From NCBI GenBank assembly GCA_041651395.1, contig JBAZJI010000001.1, forward strand, positions 635,920-699,919: 64,000 nt of DNA, in the 5' to 3' direction. Shown here one piece after another: positions 28,880-37,310 of the stretch (position 1 is the stretch's first letter; each line of letters opens with the position of its first letter). Origin of the DNA: Minisyncoccota bacterium. Its GTDB lineage: Bacteria > Patescibacteriota > Minisyncoccia > Minisyncoccales > JAGOPM01. Made by a program: the position numbers and the translations under genes. The notes below the pieces were generated by a model that made no database searches, was not told where the DNA came from, and was given only the letters and a program-made list of their open reading frames with translations.

Positions 28880-31309
28880 TTATTTCAATTTAAATCCCAT
28901 CTTAGCGAGATGACCCTCAACCTTTTTGGTAAGCGTTTCCACTTCGCTGGTAACCTCGGCCATTGGCTCGGCATAACGCTCGGCGAGTTCTTTAACCCTG
29001 CCGGTGAGGGTCTGGGAGAGACGGTCTATTTCGCCCAAAACTCGAGCAGACAATTCCTCCATCCATTTATTCTCAACAACCAAGGTTTTGATTTCTACTT
29101 CAGTAAGAGTCGGATATTTAACCAGCACTTTTTTCTCCAAGTCTTTCTCAGCGTCTTTGATCGCTTTCTTGGTGTCGGCTTCTTTTTCAAACAAAGCCGA
29201 ATACTTTTCAAGCACGGCAAGCTCGTCGGCATCGTCTGCACTGTTTTTGACTTCTTTGATGCGTTTAAGCACGCTGACCTTGCTGATTTTGTCGTTATCA
29301 ATCACTTCTTCAAGCAAACCCTCCTCACCACCGTGTTCGTCTTTGAGCGAATCCATATCAACGCCGACCTGTTCAAGGATAGCGTTTAAGTCCTCAAGAG
29401 CTTTCTGTTCTTTGGCAAAATAAGTTTTGATAGCCAAAGAGATCGGGATAAGACGACCTTCAAGACCAACAAGCCCATCGATGTCTTTTTTCTTGCCTTT
29501 GTTTTCTTTCTGTAAGCGAATAATTTCCTTGCCAGCTTTCCAACCGTCAATGGTAATAATATGCGTGTCGTCCTGCATCACTTCTTCCCAGTAGGCCATT
29601 AGGTGCTGATAGATATCATACTTATCAACCAGTTTGAGATTGGCACAAGCCAAAAGCAGATCGCTGGCAATTTTTTGAATGACAGCCTTGGGATGATTAG
29701 TGGTATCAATAGTCTTGAGAAAATCAGTTGACGCTTTTTGCCATTTTGCAAAAGTGTTCAAGGTTTGTTTTCTGAAAGTTTCAAACTCCGGATGAGTTAG
29801 GATTGTCTTTTTTATTTCGTCCGAGGCGATAAGCAACTCGCTGTAACCTTTTCGGCCGTTGGCTTTGAAAAGAGATTTTTCAAGCGTTGGACAAATATCC
29901 CAGTAAGCGGACAAAGCAGAAATGTCAGCGTCAGGGATACCGCCCTTGAGATGAGCTTCAATGTCTTGGATATCTTCCAGCTCTTGCGTATCGATATAAC
30001 GTGGGAGATTGAGGTTATATTCGTTTTTCTTTATTTCATCATTGGCAACGAAACGAGAAAACTTGGCGGTTTCAAGTTTGCCATTCCAAGTGTCCACAAT
30101 TTTGCGGATATCCTGCTCACGCAAACGATTCTTATTGCCGTCTTTCACAAAACCTTTGGAGGCATCGATCATAAAGATGCCTTTGCGATCACTAGCTCCA
30201 GCTTTATCTAAAACGATAATACACGCCGGAATGCCCGTGCCATAGAAAAGGTTAGCTGGTAAGCCGATGATACCTTTGATATATCCTCGCTCAATAATAT
30301 TTTTGCGGATTTCCGCTTCAGCATTGCCACGGAACAAGACACCGTGAGGCAAAATGACCGCACCGGTCCCAGTGCTCTTGAGCGACTTTAAAATATGCAA
30401 AAGAAAAGCAAAGTCGCCATTTTTCTTGGGAGGAATACCGAAGCCATCAAAACGACCGTATTGGTCGTGATCCGGATCAAAGCCATTACGCCAAGACTTA
30501 TAAGAAAAAGGCGGATTGGCGACAACATAGTCAAAAGTTTTGAGAGCACTGTGTTCGGTGAAAAGTGGAGTAGAAAGCGTGCTCTGGCCTTTTTTAATTT
30601 CCGCCTCGGGCTTGCCATGAAGCCACATGTTAAGAGTTGCCAGTCCAGCGGTGGCGTTATCAAGCTCTTGTCCGTATATAGTAATCTTTTGAGCTTCCTC
30701 GGCGACTTTCAAAAGAAGCGAACCGGAACCGCAAGTCGGATCGTAGACCGTGTGCATACCGGTATCGGCTTTGTTGGCTTCAATTACTTTGGCCATAATG
30801 CGAGAAACTTCGGCCGGAGTATAAAATTGACCTTTGCTTTTTCCTGACTCAACGGCAAAGTGCTTCATCAAGTATTCGTATGCATCGCCCAAGAGATCAT
30901 CGCCCTCGGCACGATTCTTGCTAAAGTCTAAATCTGGATTTTCAAAGATAGCGATAAGATTGGAAAGACGGTCCTGCATATCTTTGCCTTTACCGAGCTT
31001 GTCCTCGTCGTTAAAATCAACAGCATCAATGACACCTTGCAAACCGTTGGCTTCGGCAAGTTTATTCAAAACTTTATTGATACCATCACCGATATCTGGT
31101 TTGCCTTTGAGCTTTATCAAATCAGAAAAACTGCCACCAGTCGGAATGTCCACGAGTTGATTGGCCTTGCCTGCATATTTATCCGAGACATAGCGGACGA
31201 ACAAAAGCACGAGGACATAATCCTTGTACTGGGAGGCGTCCATACCGCCACGGAGTTCGTCGCATCCTTGCCAGATAGAGCTATAGAGTTGAGATTTTTT
31301 GATTGCCAT
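28880..31309 (-). CDS. hsdM: type I R-M N6-adenine DNA methyltransferase subunit with ~300-aa C-terminal extension
   Basis: Motif I DPTCGSGSLLL and motif IV VVANPPFS. At 809 aa it is much longer than the ~500 aa I recall for typical HsdM. Confidence 0.9.
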   Translation of the reverse strand: MAIKKSQLYSSIWQGCDELRGGMDASQYKDYVLVLLFVRYVSDKYAGKANQLVDIPTGGSFSDLIKLKGKPDIGDGINKVLNKLAEANGLQGVIDAVDFNDEDKLGKGKDMQDRLSNLIAIFENPDLDFSKNRAEGDDLLGDAYEYLMKHFAVESGKSKGQFYTPAEVSRIMAKVIEANKADTGMHTVYDPTCGSGSLLLKVAEEAQKITIYGQELDNATAGLATLNMWLHGKPEAEIKKGQSTLSTPLFTEHSALKTFDYVVANPPFSYKSWRNGFDPDHDQYGRFDGFGIPPKKNGDFAFLLHILKSLKSTGTGAVILPHGVLFRGNAEAEIRKNIIERGYIKGIIGLPANLFYGTGIPACIIVLDKAGASDRKGIFMIDASKGFVKDGNKNRLREQDIRKIVDTWNGKLETAKFSRFVANDEIKKNEYNLNLPRYIDTQELEDIQDIEAHLKGGIPDADISALSAYWDICPTLEKSLFKANGRKGYSELLIASDEIKKTILTHPEFETFRKQTLNTFAKWQKASTDFLKTIDTTNHPKAVIQKIASDLLLACANLKLVDKYDIYQHLMAYWEEVMQDDTHIITIDGWKAGKEIIRLQKENKGKKKDIDGLVGLEGRLIPISLAIKTYFAKEQKALEDLNAILEQVGVDMDSLKDEHGGEEGLLEEVIDNDKISKVSVLKRIKEVKNSADDADELAVLEKYSALFEKEADTKKAIKDAEKDLEKKVLVKYPTLTEVEIKTLVVENKWMEELSARVLGEIDRLSQTLTGRVKELAERYAEPMAEVTSEVETLTKKVEGHLAKMGFKLK

Positions 31310-31314
31310 ATATT

Positions 31315-32217
31315 TTATTTTTCATTGCGAGAGTTATAAATAAAATCCTCGCCGATTTTCCAAACACCTTTCTCTCGGAAAGCCGAAATGTTTTGACGAC
31401 GAGCGGCGTTGATCATGCCCGGGGCAGATAGTTTGTTTATTTTCGTATACTCAGACAAAGTGATAACCTTTTGACCTTTAAGGTATGTGATTCTCTTGCT
31501 CAATGATTCCATCAAAGCCAGAGCGATAACTTTTTCCATGTTTTTGGCATTTTTTTCATCACGATATTCAGCAAATGACTTGTAGTATTCTTTCTTTTCG
31601 CGATCACGGATAATAATTATCGGAAAACCAAGACGCTGAAGCTGGAAACAAATAAGCACGCGACCAATACGGCCGTTGCCGTCATTGAACGGATGGACGG
31701 TTTCAAAATCCAAATGGAATTTAGCGATCTTATCCAAAAAGTAATTTGAGAGGTCGCCGGTGTATTCTGTGATTATCGCCTCAATCATTTTCTCAACATG
31801 TTCCGGTGCTGGGGCGACATGGGTCCCGACACGGACATACTCGCCAAGCTTTCTAAAACGACCGGCAATTTTGTCATCGATGCCACCGATAAGCATTTGA
31901 TGTAAAAGCAGGATCGTCTCTTTGTTGGTTTCCGTTTCTTTGCTCTTGTTGCGAATGTAGCCGATGACTCGAGCCAAATTTTTGGCCTCATAGACCTCAC
32001 GCAAGGAAACATCTCGGGAGACCTCCATATCCAAAAGGATCTTCTCAGTTTCTTTGAGAGTTAGGGTGGAGTTTTCGATAGCGTTGGAGTTGTAGACGCT
32101 TTCTGGCACTTCGGCCTCGTCAATCATCACCAAAAGGGACTCCTTGCCTTTGCGGAGGGTGTCATATTCGCTTTTTAGAGCTGTAAGCCTGTCTTTTATA
32201 GGTTTTGTTATAGCCAT
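31315..32217 (-). CDS. Fic/DOC family protein
   Basis: Canonical Fic motif HPFNDGNGRIGR. Lies 5 nt upstream of hsdM. Confidence 0.85.
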   Translation of the reverse strand: MAITKPIKDRLTALKSEYDTLRKGKESLLVMIDEAEVPESVYNSNAIENSTLTLKETEKILLDMEVSRDVSLREVYEAKNLARVIGYIRNKSKETETNKETILLLHQMLIGGIDDKIAGRFRKLGEYVRVGTHVAPAPEHVEKMIEAIITEYTGDLSNYFLDKIAKFHLDFETVHPFNDGNGRIGRVLICFQLQRLGFPIIIIRDREKKEYYKSFAEYRDEKNAKNMEKVIALALMESLSKRITYLKGQKVITLSEYTKINKLSAPGMINAARRQNISAFREKGVWKIGEDFIYNSRNEK

Positions 32218-32375
32218 ATGTTTTGTTAAAATTATAAGGTTAGTATAAGCGATTTCAACTTAAAAGTCAATATTTAGTGAATGGAGACCATATATTGCTT
32301 CCTATTCACTAGATTATATGCTACAATATCCCTAAAGGCAAGTATAATGAGTTTTGAGCGCTACCAGCTCATAAG

Positions 32376-33074
32376 ATGAAAATGACTATGAAAATGAAAA
32401 AGGTCACTTTGACCACCAAACATAAATTCAATATCAAGCAGTCTGTGGGAGTAAACACTGCCTATCATTTCTCGCTGGGTGTAGTTAAAAATATTGTTGT
32501 AATTGCTTTAAAAAACAATGGCGTTCAGAATCCGGACGAGATCGTAAATAAACATGATACTGAATTTGCCGAATTAAAAGATAGATTAAATAAAACCGAA
32601 GCCTCGTTTGATAATTACAAAAAAGAAACCGATAAAACCATCGCCGATTTAAAAAGCGAATTGAAAGAATTGACCAAGCAAAGTCTTATTCAAATCGGCC
32701 GAGAAATAGCCGAAGGTTTCTACGATCAGAGCCAAAAGATACGGTCCAAACAGAAAGAAAATAAAATCAGAGAAACCTTACTCTGCCTCTCCACGGACGG
32801 CGACTTATATTTGGCATCCAATAAACAAAAATGTTATCCGATGAGTAAAGAGAAAATGCGTGAGAAACTTATAAAAGTTTTATGCTCGGCCAAGGGTTAT
32901 ATCAAGACGGCAGAACTGGCCGAAATGGTCGGCACTACGAATCAGGCGATCCGGAATTCTAAACTGGAAATAAATAATAAATCTAAAAATCGGATCGGCA
33001 TTGATGAATTGATTATCGGTCGTGACGGCAACGGTTACAGACTAAATCCGAAATACAAAATCAAAATATTATAG
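32376..33074 (+). CDS. hypothetical protein with coiled coil and C-terminal HTH-like segment
   Basis: 232 aa. The central region is K/E-rich with heptad character. The C-terminal IKTAELAEMVGTTNQAIRNSK is HTH-like. Confidence 0.45.
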   Translation: MKMTMKMKKVTLTTKHKFNIKQSVGVNTAYHFSLGVVKNIVVIALKNNGVQNPDEIVNKHDTEFAELKDRLNKTEASFDNYKKETDKTIADLKSELKELTKQSLIQIGREIAEGFYDQSQKIRSKQKENKIRETLLCLSTDGDLYLASNKQKCYPMSKEKMREKLIKVLCSAKGYIKTAELAEMVGTTNQAIRNSKLEINNKSKNRIGIDELIIGRDGNGYRLNPKYKIKIL

Positions 33075-33108
33075 CGTAATAGTCGGTGTAGTTAATAACT
33101 TTAACAAG

Positions 33109-33134
33109 AGAGCCTGAAATAGGGCTCTTTTTTG
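33109..33134 (+). terminator. intrinsic terminator after 32376..33074
   Basis: Hairpin agagcc-tgaaatag-ggctct followed by tttttt. Confidence 0.5.
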
Positions 33135-33220
33135 TTAGCGAACTACACCCGAACATTATTCCAAGAGATAGGTGCTGATTGGCAAAATGTAAATGTGTGA
33201 GAGTAAAAAAATGAAATGAT

Positions 33221-33472
33221 ATGCCAATCAAACAAAGTGAAAGTTTCAAGACCGCCGATCTGGCATTGATCGCGGTGCTTTTATTATTAATGCCCGAATC
33301 TCTTGAGGTCGTGGATCGGACAAATCCACATAAGGTCCTCTTTGGATTTAAAACTGACCGCAAGCTCGAAAAGCTTATGGACAGTTTTTGGAAACGAGAG
33401 CTTGTGGTCGAACCTCAAGCGTTCTTTAACCAAATCAAAATCGCCAAAGCCAGGATCTATGTCCACGAATAA
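33221..33472 (+). CDS. DUF5659-like small protein
   Basis: FKTADLALIAVLLLL.PESLEVVDRTNPHKVLFGF resembles the DUF5659 pattern I recall from mobile-element small proteins. Confidence 0.4.
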   Translation: MPIKQSESFKTADLALIAVLLLLMPESLEVVDRTNPHKVLFGFKTDRKLEKLMDSFWKRELVVEPQAFFNQIKIAKARIYVHE

Positions 33473-33474
33473 AT

Positions 33475-33684
33475 ATGAAGTTAAAACCAGAAACGCTGGA
33501 AAAACTCCGAGCGATTCTCAAAAAAGACTTTGGCCAAGAAGTGAATGATCAAGACCTTCACGATATCGCATTCAACCTCGTGAATTATTACGACGCTTTG
33601 TCGCGATTTTACTGGGAGGATATCACAAGCGGTCGAAAGCTTATAGAACCATATGACACAGTACCCGAGCGACAAACCACATAA
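33475..33684 (+). CDS. hypothetical small protein
   Basis: 69-aa ORF starting 2 nt after the previous stop. Confidence 0.4.
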   Translation: MKLKPETLEKLRAILKKDFGQEVNDQDLHDIAFNLVNYYDALSRFYWEDITSGRKLIEPYDTVPERQTT

Positions 33685-34228
33685 GATCAGAGATTATCGC
33701 GAATTGCCGTTTGCTTATCAAGATAAGCCGGCTTTGCGGTACATGCGACAACAATGGCTCGATAAGCACATTAGCATTGATGCCTACCGGAATCTCCGGA
33801 ATATGTATCTGGCTTTGACTGAGATTGCCTCCAACAAAGCCAGTCAAACCATAGAGGCATCAAATAAAACGCTCTTGATTTACTCAGGCCTCAAAGACTG
33901 GCGAACGATTAAGAATTGTTTGTCCAAGCTTGAGGAGTGGGCTTTTATCGCAATCACGAAAACTCGGGGCGAGGATGCCAAGTTCAAGCCCCGAGGTATC
34001 ACTTTGCTTTCCGTCCTACATCTGACGCAGAGTGGAAACCAATCAGCATCAAAAGCCGGACGGCATAGCACGCAGACTGCCTCCGATGCAGAAGATATAG
34101 AAGGTAAGGGATTAAAAGAAATTAAAGAAAATAATAAAGAAATTAACGGCCGGTCCAAGAATTTAAAACTCTTGGCGGAGGCCAGAGCCAAACTTGTAGC
34201 CAAAATGTCGATTCCAACTAACAAATAA
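33653..34228 (+). CDS. hypothetical protein (possible wHTH / replication-type)
   Basis: 191-aa ORF that overlaps the upstream ORF by 32 nt. No motif recognised with confidence. Confidence 0.4.
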   Translation: MTQYPSDKPHKIRDYRELPFAYQDKPALRYMRQQWLDKHISIDAYRNLRNMYLALTEIASNKASQTIEASNKTLLIYSGLKDWRTIKNCLSKLEEWAFIAITKTRGEDAKFKPRGITLLSVLHLTQSGNQSASKAGRHSTQTASDAEDIEGKGLKEIKENNKEINGRSKNLKLLAEARAKLVAKMSIPTNK

Positions 34229-34252
34229 AATTATTAATCATTAATCAAACTT

Positions 34253-34459
34253 ATGAGCAAAATGAAATCACAAACACCAAGGGAAAAAGCGGATAAATTA
34301 TTCAAGAAAAATCTCACCAAAGCGGCCAAAACTTTAATCTCTCTTTTGGACAGCAAGGACGAGACAATAAGATTGTCGGCCACCAATTACATTATCAAGA
34401 GAGTAACCGAACAGCCGACTATTATCGTGATTGATAAGAGCGAAAAAAATTCTACTTAA
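34253..34459 (+). CDS. hypothetical small protein
   Basis: 68-aa ORF in the co-directional module. Confidence 0.35.
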   Translation: MSKMKSQTPREKADKLFKKNLTKAAKTLISLLDSKDETIRLSATNYIIKRVTEQPTIIVIDKSEKNST

Positions 34460-34471
34460 CTCTACTTTTTT

Positions 34472-35044
34472 ATGCCAAAAATTAAACATCTATCCGAATA
34501 CCATAAAGTAGCATTTGAGCTTAAATATAAAGGCCTTTCTTATCAAAACATTGCTGAGATTTTGAATAAGAGAGGGCCAAAAAGTAGAAAAGCCAAGTTT
34601 ACTGTTCAAAGCGTAAAAGATTGGTTTAAAGAATCCGGAACACTGGCGAGTGATTATGAGCACTACGCCAACGAAATGGACGACATTCATGCCGAGACTA
34701 TGGAGATTGTTCGTCGAGCCGGTGCGAGAGTCAGGGAGGAAAATTTTCGTCTAGCTAATGAAATGCTTGTGGCTCTTATGGGGAGTTCCAATGATGCCGT
34801 TAAATTAGCTGCAATCAAAGAGATACTGGATCGAGTCGAAGGCAAGCCGAAAGAAAACATCATGCTTAATAATCAAGATATCTACGAATTACCGCCTCAA
34901 GAACGCTGGAAACTTATCCCTTATGAAATCAAGCTCCGCCTATCGAGAGATCAATATTCCAAGGAAACATCCGATGCAATATTTAATTGGGCGGAAACCG
35001 GAAAAACTAAACCAGCCAAACCAAGGCCGGATAACCTAAATTAA
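34472..35044 (+). CDS. HTH-containing hypothetical protein
   Basis: The N-terminal YKGLSYQNIAEILNKRG is HTH-like. 190 aa. Confidence 0.45.
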   Translation: MPKIKHLSEYHKVAFELKYKGLSYQNIAEILNKRGPKSRKAKFTVQSVKDWFKESGTLASDYEHYANEMDDIHAETMEIVRRAGARVREENFRLANEMLVALMGSSNDAVKLAAIKEILDRVEGKPKENIMLNNQDIYELPPQERWKLIPYEIKLRLSRDQYSKETSDAIFNWAETGKTKPAKPRPDNLN

Positions 35045-35344
35045 CGGCCATAACGGCAACAATCCGCAACAAACGGCAACATTTTGACCAAAAATCACTT
35101 ACACCAACTCACACTAACTAACACCAAAAAAGAGAAAGTCTAAAACCTACAATGACCAGAATAACCAGCAAACTAGCGGATAATTACAGTTATTTACAGT
35201 TGGTTGCTGTAAAACTGGTGAAAGTGTCCGATTTACAATGTTTAGAGCTGTGGGCAACTGACGCTTAGCTTGTTCCCAAAATTAGTATAGGGTGTGTCGT
35301 GGTACGAAAAGTCGAATTCGAACCTTAGTAAAATTAACAAAATT

Positions 35345-36961
35345 ATGACTATGACAATGCAAAACGAAAATGAATCAATGCGAGCCGTAGGATATGCCCG
35401 TGTCTCCTCCAAGGATCAGGAGGACACCGGCTATTCACTACCGGCTCAAGAAAAACTTTTACACGATTATGCCGATAGAAACGGTTTTGATCTGGTAAAA
35501 GTTTTTGCCATTCAAGAATCAGCGGCCGGAAAAATCCAACGAAAGATATTTCACGAAATGTTGGACTATGTGACCAAAGCCAAAATAAATACGGTCTTTG
35601 TGGAAACCACTGACCGCTTAACCCGTAACTTCGCCGATGTGCCGGTAATTGACGAATGGATACTGGCGGATGAAAGACACACCATTCATCTGGTAAAAGA
35701 AGGCTGTACCCTGCATAAAGATTCCAAGTCGCACGAATGGTTTATGTGGCGAGTTAAAGTGGCCACGGCCGAATATTATATCCGTCTGCTTTCCGAAAAT
35801 GTGAAAAAGGGACAAAAAGAAAAGCTGGCTCAAGGTTGGCTACCAAGCAAACCACCACTGGGATACCAAACTACTGGCGAGAAAGGACATAAAATTCACA
35901 TCATTGATCCGGAAAAATCTCCGCTGGTCAAAAAGATGTTTGACCTTTACGCCTCCAACCGCTATTCAACCAAAAAGCTGGCCGATGAAATGCACAAACT
36001 TGGTATGCGGTCTCGGGGAGGTAATAAAGTTAGTCACTCACGAGTCCATCAACTTCTGGGTGATCCATTTTATTACGGAATGAATCGCTGGAACGGAAAA
36101 GTCGCTCAAGGCGGACACGAACCGCTTATAACCAAAGAATTATTCATGCGGTGCCAAGACATAATGCATAGCAACGGCACGCCGAAGTACAACAAGCACA
36201 ATCCATTATTTAAAAATGTCTTCCACTGCGAGGAATGCAAAGGCCGGATAACTTGGGAGATACAAAAAGGCCACTGGTATGGCCACTGCAATCATTATAA
36301 AAACTGCCAGCAGAAAGAATGGGTCAAACAAGAGAACATTGACCAGCAGGTAATGGAAAACATCGAGCAGTTAAGCTCAAAACACAACGAGGCCATAGAG
36401 AATATGCTGACTTGGGTCCAAGAGGCACTCAAGGAAAGCCATGGCGAGGAGATAGAATTCAGACAAAAAGCTACCGGTGAGCTTGAGCGACGCTACCAAG
36501 TAGCCACACAAAGACTGGACAAGATATACGATGACAAGATAGACGGCAAGATTAGCGAGGACTTCTACCAGAAAAAGTACCAGCAATACAAGATTGAACA
36601 AGAGGAAGTGCTGGACGGACTGAACAAGCACAAAAATGCCAACCTCAAGTATTACGATATGGGGTCAACCTTTTTACAAATGGCTAAAGAGGCAAGGAGA
36701 ATTTATTTGAACCGAAGCACGATCGAAATGGTCGACGACAAGAAACAACTTTTGTCCCTTTTATTTTCGAACCCCATAATAAATGGCAAAAAAGTTGAGA
36801 TTTCATACCAGAAAGCCTTTAAAATGGTATTTGAACGAGTATCACAGATGTTGGGAGAAAAGTTAGACGAAAATACAACATTCGAACCGCCAAAAGAGCC
36901 CGTAAATAAAGAGAAAAGCAGAGCTTTTGGCTCTGCTCATCCCATATGGCTCCGCGAGTAG
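35345..36961 (+). CDS. large serine recombinase (integrase)
   Basis: Catalytic VGYARVSSKDQ, a recombinase domain (GWLPSKPPLGYQ), and a zinc ribbon (CEECKGRITW...HCNHYKNC). The stop codon TAG (36959-36961) lies inside tRNA-Asn on the other strand. The ATG at 35345 is preferred over the GTG at 35294. Confidence 0.9.
   Translation: MTMTMQNENESMRAVGYARVSSKDQEDTGYSLPAQEKLLHDYADRNGFDLVKVFAIQESAAGKIQRKIFHEMLDYVTKAKINTVFVETTDRLTRNFADVPVIDEWILADERHTIHLVKEGCTLHKDSKSHEWFMWRVKVATAEYYIRLLSENVKKGQKEKLAQGWLPSKPPLGYQTTGEKGHKIHIIDPEKSPLVKKMFDLYASNRYSTKKLADEMHKLGMRSRGGNKVSHSRVHQLLGDPFYYGMNRWNGKVAQGGHEPLITKELFMRCQDIMHSNGTPKYNKHNPLFKNVFHCEECKGRITWEIQKGHWYGHCNHYKNCQQKEWVKQENIDQQVMENIEQLSSKHNEAIENMLTWVQEALKESHGEEIEFRQKATGELERRYQVATQRLDKIYDDKIDGKISEDFYQKKYQQYKIEQEEVLDGLNKHKNANLKYYDMGSTFLQMAKEARRIYLNRSTIEMVDDKKQLLSLLFSNPIINGKKVEISYQKAFKMVFERVSQMLGEKLDENTTFEPPKEPVNKEKSRAFGSAHPIWLRE
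36903..36952 (+). repeat. 50-bp direct repeat, right copy (attR of island B)
   Basis: Identical to 19232-19281. The last 6 nt overlap the 3' end of tRNA-Asn (CCA, discriminator, and 2 nt of acceptor). Confidence 0.9.
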
Positions 36962-37021
36962 GACTCGAACCTACAACCCTCTCGTTAACAGCGAGACGCT
37001 CTACCATTGAGCTATCGCGGA
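36947..37021 (-). tRNA. tRNA-Asn (anticodon GTT), CCA encoded
   Basis: Hand-folded cloverleaf: acceptor tccgcga/tcgcgga, D arm gctc-aatggta-gagc, anticodon arm tctcg-ctGTTaa-cgaga, T arm gtagg-ttcgagt-cctac, discriminator G, CCA. Confidence 0.9.
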
Positions 37022-37246
37022 ATATATTTTACTCATGCGAGACTCCGCCGTTTGGCGGATATCGCGGAATATTTACCTCGCCTAGATAGGCGGGGAAAAG
37101 AAAAGAACTCGTCGCTAAAAGCAACAGTAATAATATAGCATATCTGCCAATCCATTCAAGCCCTTGCCCTACTCTCGCTTAAAAGAGTTGCTAGTTTTAC
37201 CTGCAAATCCAATGACAAAATCCGATAATCGCTGATTCGCTTTATA

Positions 37247-37275
37247 TTGACTAATGCTAATAAATAGTTTATAAT
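37247..37275 (+). promoter_or_regulatory. sigma70-type promoter for 37311..38135
   Basis: TTGACT, 17 nt, TATAAT. RBS AAGGAGG lies 6 nt before the ATG. Confidence 0.55.
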
Positions 37276-37310
37276 ATATTTATTAACAATATAATACAAG
37301 GAGGAAAGTG

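Larger units (their letters stand above)
19282..36952. mobile_element. integrated element B (17,671-bp repeat-to-repeat unit) with serine recombinase, HTH/replication-type genes and defence cargo, inserted at tRNA-Asn
   Basis: Perfect 50-bp direct repeats at both ends. A large serine recombinase sits at the right end, abutting the tRNA-Asn 3' end. Confidence 0.65.

Noticed and set aside
36819-37007. 62-aa minus-strand ORF (MVERLAVNERVVGSSPTRGA…).
   Set aside because: It is simply a translation through tRNA-Asn and the antisense of the recombinase 3' end.
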